A stretch of 7,401 nucleotides of DNA from contig PRDJ01000008.1 of assembly GCA_003345555.1 (NCBI GenBank), positions 1 to 7,401 of the forward strand. The letters run 5' to 3'. Below the pieces are notes generated by a model that worked only from the letters and a program-made list of their open reading frames with translations, was not told where the DNA came from and did not search any database. The stretch is from Candidatus Thorarchaeota archaeon. Lineage in GTDB: Archaea > Asgardarchaeota > Thorarchaeia > Thorarchaeales > Thorarchaeaceae. Made by a program: the position numbers and the translations under genes. Below are positions 1 to 5,505 of this stretch, one piece after another (positions within the stretch are counted from its first letter, which is position 1; each line of letters begins with the position of its first letter).

Positions 1-301
1 GCGTGCCTTCGGCCGTGGTCAGGCTGTAGAATCCGGGCTTGGGTACTTCTCTTAGTCGTATTTTCCCGTCGTATAGCCAGATACCCTTCTTGCCTGTAGG
101 CACCAGAGAAACGGGACCGTATCTTCGGATCATCTTGCCTGTTCGTACGGGGACTCCACATGCGCGGCCGTTCGGCAATACGAAATACCGACTGCCCACT
201 GGTCCAGCGCCGCCACGCCTACCCGCCCACTCTCCTTCGGGCAGAGTCACACCTTGAATCAATAGACGGACCTTGAGTGTGAGCATGTCTTCCGCATTCA
301 T
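1..301 (-). CDS. N-terminal part (100 codons, continues off the left edge) of a probable radical SAM protein, MSMEG_0568-like
   Basis: Manual translation from ATG at 301 gives a stop-free frame to the window edge: MNAEDMLTLKVRLLIQGVTLPEGEWAGRRGGAGPVGSRYFVLPNGRACGVPVRTGKMIRRYGPVSLVPTGKKGIWLYDGKIRLREVPKPGFYSLTTAEGT. It lies 39 nt after the upstream stop, on the same strand, with a weak AGGA 5 nt before the ATG (alternative ATG at 286). RRGGAGP and PxPxFYxLTTxxG match my recollection of the MSMEG_0568 family N-terminus. The CxxxCxxC motif would lie outside the window, so the family call is less certain than the CDS call. Confidence 0.65.
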   Translation of the reverse strand, partial: MNAEDMLTLKVRLLIQGVTLPEGEWAGRRGGAGPVGSRYFVLPNGRACGVPVRTGKMIRRYGPVSLVPTGKKGIWLYDGKIRLREVPKPGFYSLTTAEGT

Positions 302-340
302 AGCGTTCCTGCACTCACAATCATTTGCCCTAATCTGTCT

Positions 341-1465
341 TCACATCTTGACCTTTGAGGTTGAGTCGAAGGCCGCCAAGACCATTTCTGGGAGGTCAAG
401 AACGATAAGCATCTTTCCTGCTCGAGAAGCCAGCATGTTCTTGCAGAAGGGACATGAGGTTACCAAGAACTTGGCTCCAACCTCCCTCGCCTGTGACACG
501 CGGGCATCGCCGATAGTGCTGGCTTGATCAGTGAATAGTGTCCTCATACCAGCACCATTGCCGCAGCACATGGCATTTTCCCTACTGCGGGCCATCTCGA
601 CCACTTTCGTGCCGGAGACTCTTTCAATGACTTTTCTCGGGGGGTCGTATATGCCACTGTGTCGGCCGAGGTGGCATGGGTCATGGTATGTGATAGGGCC
701 GCCGAAGTCAACTGCCCTCAGAGCATCCAAGTGCTTTTCGAGCAACTGACTAATGTGAAGTACTGGCTTCTTTAGTTCAATCCCGAGCTGGGGGTAATCC
801 TTGGTGAACGCTCTGAAGCATCCTGGACACGTCACAACTATCTGCTCACCTTCAGATTTGTTCAGGGTGTCTGCATTATGGCGGGCCTGCTCAATTCCTA
901 GGTTTCGAAAGCCTGTCCTGAAGAGTGGAGAACCGCAGCACCATTCGTCAGGGGTCACGGACACCTTGTACCCGAGGTGAGAAAGTATTGAAACGGTACT
1001 ACGAGCGATGCCGTTTTCATGATAAGCCGCCGTACAGCCTGTGAAGTAGAGGATCTTCTTGCCTTGGGTCTTTGTTGGTACAAACCACTTGTTGCGCTTT
1101 CCATGAGGCTCGGCGAAGGGATTATGATTGGTCTTTATTGCAGAGGATATCTTATCGAGACCTCGAGGATATCGACCTTCATTGACCAGCCTCATTCGTT
1201 CATTCTCGACCATTGTGGCTATGTCAACTTGTGGCAAGCACCATGTGAGACACTGAGAGCATTCGAGACACTGGTAGAGCACTTCAATTGCGCGCTCATC
1301 AAGAGCGCGTGTTCCTTTTGCATCCTGATACATTAGGAGCGCACGGCCATGCGGCGTGGGAGAATCGGATCGCCAGGCCAGAAAAGTCGGGCACATGTGC
1401 CTGCACATCTTAGGACAACCTGCACAAAGACGAAGCTGCTCGATGGCCTCCGAATCTTCCATCAC
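341..1465 (-). CDS. (Fe-S)-binding oxidoreductase subunit: two [4Fe-4S] motifs plus two CCG domains (GlpC/GlcF/HdrD superfamily)
   Basis: 374 aa. Contains CAGCPKMCRHMCP and CLECSQCLTWC; CCG domain 1 (YFTGC..WCCGSP..VTCPGC); CCG domain 2 (YHDPCHLGR..MCCGNG..TSCPFC). Start is GTG 1465 or ATG 1462, overlapping the upstream TGA (GTGATG). RBS GGGAGGA at 1471-1477. Confidence 0.9.
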   Translation of the reverse strand: MMEDSEAIEQLRLCAGCPKMCRHMCPTFLAWRSDSPTPHGRALLMYQDAKGTRALDERAIEVLYQCLECSQCLTWCLPQVDIATMVENERMRLVNEGRYPRGLDKISSAIKTNHNPFAEPHGKRNKWFVPTKTQGKKILYFTGCTAAYHENGIARSTVSILSHLGYKVSVTPDEWCCGSPLFRTGFRNLGIEQARHNADTLNKSEGEQIVVTCPGCFRAFTKDYPQLGIELKKPVLHISQLLEKHLDALRAVDFGGPITYHDPCHLGRHSGIYDPPRKVIERVSGTKVVEMARSRENAMCCGNGAGMRTLFTDQASTIGDARVSQAREVGAKFLVTSCPFCKNMLASRAGKMLIVLDLPEMVLAAFDSTSKVKM

Positions 1466-2889
1466 GTATGTCCTCCCATCCCGAGCTTACCAGGGTTCAT
1501 GATGCCGTTGGGGTCCAGAACTTCCTTGATTTTCTTCAAGACTTCGAAGCTAGACCCGAGTTCAGCCTCGGTGTAGGTGCTTCGAGTGGTTCCGACTCCG
1601 TGCTGATGGCTCATGGTGCCTCCTTCTCTCAAGCAAGCCGCTACCCCGTCATCCCAGATTTCGCGGTATGTGGCCCACGCGCTTTCGGCATCCGGCTGCG
1701 AAACGAAGAATATCATGTAGATGCTGCCGCCGTTGGGATACATGTGCGAGAAATGAGACATGACAGCAGCACCGTGGGCTTCCATAACCCGCTTCATTTC
1801 ATGATATACATTCTCAAGTCTGTCGTAGGTCGCAACGATATCGATCGTATCGCCCACAGAAAAGCCGCTGGTGGCGAATTTCGTAGGATAGTACATATCG
1901 TACCTGTGTTCCCACCAGTATTTTGAGGGCCCTTCCCCATAGTCCTTTGCTCCGTTCTCGATGCAAATCCTGGCAGAGATGCTCTCGTCTATGTCCACCT
2001 TCTCCGGCCTGCCATCGAATGCGAGCATTAGCATACAATTCCCTTCCTCAACCTCAAAGTGAGTGCTTACATGCAGCGCCGTGTCCTCGGCATCGTACAG
2101 GCGGACCACTGATGGGAATATGCCCTCTCTGAATATGGCCCGAATGGCCATCAGCCCGCTATGAACATCTGGGAAGCACATGCTTCTGAAGTGTCTTGAA
2201 GGTGGAAGGGGAAATAGACGAAGAGTCGCTTCCGTTATCACGCATAGCGTTCCTTCGGAGCCTATGAAAAGCTGCCTCAAATCCGGCCCAACAGAGTGGC
2301 GCGGGACGGCCTTGCATCTTACGACACTTCCATCCGCTAGAACGACTTCGAGTCCTAGTGTCAAGTCCTCGATTTTGCCGTAGAGAGATGACATAGAGCC
2401 GCCGGAACGAGTAGCGATGAAACCGCCGACGTTTGATGCTCTAAGGGAAGTGGGTGTATGACCGGTCGTGTAGCCGTGCCTATTGACTTCCTCTTCCAAG
2501 TCTATGCCTACAGTCCCAGCCTGCACGCGGACCAGCAGGGACTCACCATCGATGGCAAGAATCTTGTCCATGCGTTTCAGGTCAAGCTGAATTCCACCAT
2601 AGGTAGGTTGTGTTCCTCCACAGGTACCAGCACCCCCGCCAACAGGAACTACCGGCACTCTCAGATCGTTGGCGACCCTTAGGATCTTAGATACCTCCTC
2701 TGTCGACGATGGGTAGACAATCACATCTGCTAGCGGAAGGGTCTCGCCTGCCCTAATCTTGGCTTCGCTAAGCGGCCACGCGTCGTGGGCATTCAGGACT
2801 GCATCAGTCTCGTCAGTCGTGAAATGGTCCGGGCCCACGATAGCTTCAATCTGCTCCACTAACTTGGCCTTAGTTCTAGTATCCAACAA
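1462..2889 (-). CDS. FAD-binding oxidoreductase of the VAO/PCMH fold, alkyl-dihydroxyacetonephosphate synthase (AGPS/ADPS)-like
   Basis: 475 aa. FAD_binding_4 motifs: VIVYPSSTEEVSKIL, VPVGGG, GHTPTS..SNVGGFIATRSGG..SLYGKIEDL, GPDLRQLFIGSEGTLCVITEA. C-terminal motifs: VRLYDAEDT, SHFSHMYPNGGSIY, SHQHGVG, DPNGIMNPGKL. These resemble AGPS (RxYD, SHxY..xY, SHHHGVG) more than GlcD/D-lactate dehydrogenases (GEHG). TTG start with RBS GAGGTGA 7 nt upstream. Confidence 0.85.
   Translation of the reverse strand: MLDTRTKAKLVEQIEAIVGPDHFTTDETDAVLNAHDAWPLSEAKIRAGETLPLADVIVYPSSTEEVSKILRVANDLRVPVVPVGGGAGTCGGTQPTYGGIQLDLKRMDKILAIDGESLLVRVQAGTVGIDLEEEVNRHGYTTGHTPTSLRASNVGGFIATRSGGSMSSLYGKIEDLTLGLEVVLADGSVVRCKAVPRHSVGPDLRQLFIGSEGTLCVITEATLRLFPLPPSRHFRSMCFPDVHSGLMAIRAIFREGIFPSVVRLYDAEDTALHVSTHFEVEEGNCMLMLAFDGRPEKVDIDESISARICIENGAKDYGEGPSKYWWEHRYDMYYPTKFATSGFSVGDTIDIVATYDRLENVYHEMKRVMEAHGAAVMSHFSHMYPNGGSIYMIFFVSQPDAESAWATYREIWDDGVAACLREGGTMSHQHGVGTTRSTYTEAELGSSFEVLKKIKEVLDPNGIMNPGKLGMGGHT
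1471..1477 (-). promoter_or_regulatory. Shine-Dalgarno site for the second CCG gene (GGGAGGA)
   Basis: The minus strand reads GGGAGGA-catac-GTG-ATG. Confidence 0.7.
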
Positions 2890-2896
2890 TCACAGG

Positions 2897-2903
2897 TCAC
2901 CTC
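2897..2903 (-). promoter_or_regulatory. Shine-Dalgarno site for the AGPS-like gene (GAGGTGA)
   Basis: The minus strand reads GAGGTGA-cctgtga-TTG. The motif includes the glpC stop codon and lies 7 nt before TTG 2889. Confidence 0.75.
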
Positions 2904-4135
2904 TTTTGTGGGAGTCTGCGTGCGAAGAAGACTGTGAGATCCTCAACAACAGTTTGGCTGCCGGCGCGAAACAGATTGCTTTCAATCTGGGCGGTGCACA
3001 GCGGGCACGGCGTGACAACAGTGTCGGCCTCCGTAGAAGAAATTGCGGCAACGTTCTCTGTGACTACCGCATCAGCTACGTCTCTCGAATGATACCCTAC
3101 CATTCCTCCACCGCCACAGCAAGAGTCTGACATACCAGATTCCTCGATTGTGACACCGGGTATGAGGTTGAGAATGGCGCGAGCATGCTCCGCTATCTGT
3201 CGTGATGTATGCCGGATTATGTGGCATGGGTCATGGATTGTCACCTTTGCTGGAGTGAACCGGCCTCGGCCCTTAAACGGGCGAGAGACCTTGTTGAACC
3301 CAATCTCCTCAGCAAGGAACTCAACTAGATGGTAGACCGGTATTCCCCATCCATCACGCGCACTGATATCGCATAGATTCGAAGTGCAACCAGCACACGT
3401 CGTGACTATCTTCTTCACACCGAGGGATTTCACCTTGTCCTGAAGACGCCCCGCCAGCAATCGTGCGGTCTCATCGTCGCCTATCAGTTTTGAAGGAAGG
3501 CCGCAACAACTCATCTGATCCAGCAGAGTGTAATTGATTCCGAAATAGCTGAGAATGTACTTGGCTGCTTCCTTTACTTCTTGGGCGCGCTCCTCGGCTT
3601 GACATCCGGGATAGAACAACACATCTGCACCAGGCACAACACGGTCAGGAACAGAAGGCAGCCCCAAGGTCTCAAGTCGAACCTTGCGGCTCTCAGATTT
3701 CTCTTCCTGGTCAGCCCAAGGTTCGAAAGCGAGAGAGTGCTTCACGATTACGTCGTGTTCGTCAAGTAGGGCTTTTGGTACGAGGTCCGGTCTCTGTGCG
3801 AAGATTCTCGTGCGAATCATATTGACTACAGCAGGAATATTCACCTTTCTAGGGCAGACTTCTCGGCATGTGCCGCATCCAGTGCAAAGATACACCTTGT
3901 CACTGGTTGTCCAGAATTCGGGGGGAGAGCGACTCAGTTCAACTGCGATACTTCTCGGACCACTGAACCTCTCAACACCCACCGCTCTCACAACGGGGCA
4001 GTGACCAATGCACAGACCACAGTTGATGCAGCCCTCAACCGAACGGACAGCTTCGAGCTCGTCTCTCTTGAAGGGCTGAATCCGCTCGGCTTTCAGTGTC
4101 GCCTTGACAGCCTCGTAAGCTTGCTCGTCGCTCAA
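2897..4135 (-). CDS. glpC: Anaerobic glycerol-3-phosphate dehydrogenase subunit C-like Fe-S protein (2x[4Fe-4S] + 2 CCG domains)
   Basis: 412 aa. Contains CINCGLCIGHCP and CTGCGTCREVCP; CCG motifs FYPGC..SCCGLP..TTCAGC and IHDPCH..SCCGGGG..TPCPLC. It directly follows glpB, with a TTG start overlapping the glpB TGA (TTGA, 4132-4135). The glpC name rests on synteny plus domain architecture. Confidence 0.8.
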   Translation of the reverse strand: MSDEQAYEAVKATLKAERIQPFKRDELEAVRSVEGCINCGLCIGHCPVVRAVGVERFSGPRSIAVELSRSPPEFWTTSDKVYLCTGCGTCREVCPRKVNIPAVVNMIRTRIFAQRPDLVPKALLDEHDVIVKHSLAFEPWADQEEKSESRKVRLETLGLPSVPDRVVPGADVLFYPGCQAEERAQEVKEAAKYILSYFGINYTLLDQMSCCGLPSKLIGDDETARLLAGRLQDKVKSLGVKKIVTTCAGCTSNLCDISARDGWGIPVYHLVEFLAEEIGFNKVSRPFKGRGRFTPAKVTIHDPCHIIRHTSRQIAEHARAILNLIPGVTIEESGMSDSCCGGGGMVGYHSRDVADAVVTENVAAISSTEADTVVTPCPLCTAQIESNLFRAGSQTVVEDLTVFFARRLPQKR

Positions 4136-5505
4136 GGTAATGCCCCCTTGACATAATCTGCCGCATTTGCACCCGCAGCATAGCCGGTAGCGAGTGCTAC
4201 ACCGAGTCCACTTTTCTCTGCCGAGTAATTGTAGCGAGAGAGAATCGAGCCTGCGGCGAACACGTTGTCTGCTACAGGTTGGCCATCGGTGCCTGTCGGT
4301 CGAAACATGCTATCAAAAGCTACACCGACGCCAAAGAGAGAATGACCCTCGGGGCTCAGAGCCAAGATGTTGGTATAGCGTTGAGGCCTTGCTCCCGCAG
4401 TCTGGTATGACTCAACATCGACCACTGGCAATTTCACGAGTGTCTCAACGAAACCGCTTTCATCACCCTTGATGCCGCCTCCGATGAATTTACCAGAGGC
4501 GAGCACGACCGCAGCCGGGATTATGTTGAAGGTCCGTTGAGGGGTTTTCACAGCGACGCTATCGATGTGCCCTTCTTTCTTTTCAAATGAGACAGCCTCG
4601 TGACCGATGAGCAATCTGCCGCCGTCGGTGCTCAGCGCAGACTCCAGAGCATTCTGTAATCTGAGACCGGGAACTGAGGGTGGAAATGCCAGAAGCTCGA
4701 ATACTTTGGCACCCATCTTGTCTTCGAGCTCGAACTTGTTTGCCCTCGCTCGACGCAGACCCAAGACAGGAGGGAAGGCAATGAAGTCAGCTCCTGTACT
4801 TCTCACATGGTCTTTCAATGTCTTAGCCAGTTCAGCAAAGCCTTCCTCGCGATCCATATAGCGAGCAATATCAAACGAATAGATATTGTGAGGCTGCCCA
4901 AAAGGCAATACGTCCAATGTGCAGTTTGCCACTCTTCGGGGTCTGTTTTCTCCCGGTAGACGACTAGCTAAGAAGTTCTTGGCGGTAATCGATGAATTGC
5001 AGTCAGGGAAACCCCGAAAGCCAACAAAAAGAACGATGCTATCGTGCCAATCATCAGAACCTTCAACGAACATGGTTCCTTGGACCAATGATGTTGGCTT
5101 GGATGAGCCCAGCAATGTCACAGCCTGAATAGTACGTCCAAGGTCTCCAACCAATGCAGACGGCGAACCATTCAGCTTGCCCTTAATCCAGTCGACGGCC
5201 TCACTAACGCGCGCTACAACTCTTTCTGGATCCACAGGAAGACCTCCATCGGAATACCCCAGTACTGAATATGGGTGAAGAGGATAGATTTCCGACACCG
5301 CATTCAGGCCCTCAATCGCGTTCGCAAAAGGAACATTCGCACCGGGCAGGTAACTCATGATGTCTACAGCACCAGAGGATATTGCTGTCGCGCCTTGCCC
5401 CTTACGTAAGACGACAACCTTCAGGCCTGCTTCCGCACCAACCATTCCTGCAACAAGACCAGCCATTCCACCGCCAACGACGAGCAGGTCAGCCTTGATA
5501 TCCAT
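4132..5505 (-). CDS. glpB: Anaerobic glycerol-3-phosphate dehydrogenase subunit B (flavoprotein)
   Basis: 457 aa. N-terminal VVGGGMAGLVAG, GQGATAISSGAVD, FPPSVPGLRLQNAL, VLASGKFIGGGI, NVFAAGSIL and SGLGVALATG match GlpB motifs as I recall them (e.g. SSGSLDLL, PPSVLGIRL, LASGSFFSGGL). The ATG immediately follows the glpA TAG. RBS GAGGAGG at 5514-5520. Confidence 0.92.
   Translation of the reverse strand: MDIKADLLVVGGGMAGLVAGMVGAEAGLKVVVLRKGQGATAISSGAVDIMSYLPGANVPFANAIEGLNAVSEIYPLHPYSVLGYSDGGLPVDPERVVARVSEAVDWIKGKLNGSPSALVGDLGRTIQAVTLLGSSKPTSLVQGTMFVEGSDDWHDSIVLFVGFRGFPDCNSSITAKNFLASRLPGENRPRRVANCTLDVLPFGQPHNIYSFDIARYMDREEGFAELAKTLKDHVRSTGADFIAFPPVLGLRRARANKFELEDKMGAKVFELLAFPPSVPGLRLQNALESALSTDGGRLLIGHEAVSFEKKEGHIDSVAVKTPQRTFNIIPAAVVLASGKFIGGGIKGDESGFVETLVKLPVVDVESYQTAGARPQRYTNILALSPEGHSLFGVGVAFDSMFRPTGTDGQPVADNVFAAGSILSRYNYSAEKSGLGVALATGYAAGANAADYVKGALP

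Noticed and set aside
1-257. Possible structured ncRNA on the plus strand: several TTCGG elements, including C(UUCG)G hairpins at 121-130 and 229-247; also the plus-strand 72-aa ORF 39-257
   Set aside because: I recognise no RNase P, SRP, rRNA or tRNA motifs and the stems are short. The minus strand carries a clean 100-codon frame with protein-family-like motifs in operon orientation, which explains the region better.
1244-1280. Short imperfect direct repeat GAGACACTG..AGAGCA
   Set aside because: It is explained by repeated Cys-Leu codons of the CLECSQCL [4Fe-4S] motif. It is not a CRISPR or tandem repeat.
1291-1309. Inverted repeat CGCGCTC-atcaa-GAGCGCG
   Set aside because: It is inside a coding region, has only a 7-bp stem and no poly-T tail, and is compatible with chance.
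341-1465. Annotation as heterodisulfide reductase HdrD implying methanogenesis or CoM/CoB metabolism
   Set aside because: CCG domains are shared with GlpC, GlcF and LutA. There is no hdrE, hdrA or other methanogenesis gene in the window, and the context points to a flavoenzyme partner.
1468-1926. 152-aa plus-strand ORF, and the other 60-132 aa plus-strand ORFs across the window
   Set aside because: They lie antisense to well-supported genes, have no recognisable motifs, and are expected as shadow ORFs at this GC content.
1814-2038. Alternative-frame minus-strand ORFs (1814-2038 and 6878-7096)
   Set aside because: They are short, nested out of frame within intact genes, and show no motifs or frameshift signals. 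The host genes need no frameshift to be complete.
1462-2889. Annotation as glycolate oxidase GlcD or D-lactate dehydrogenase
   Set aside because: It has the same fold and a GlcF-like neighbour, but it lacks the GEHG motif and shows AGPS-type SHxHGVG, RLYD and SHxY motifs. A hydroxy-acid dehydrogenase activity remains a testable alternative.
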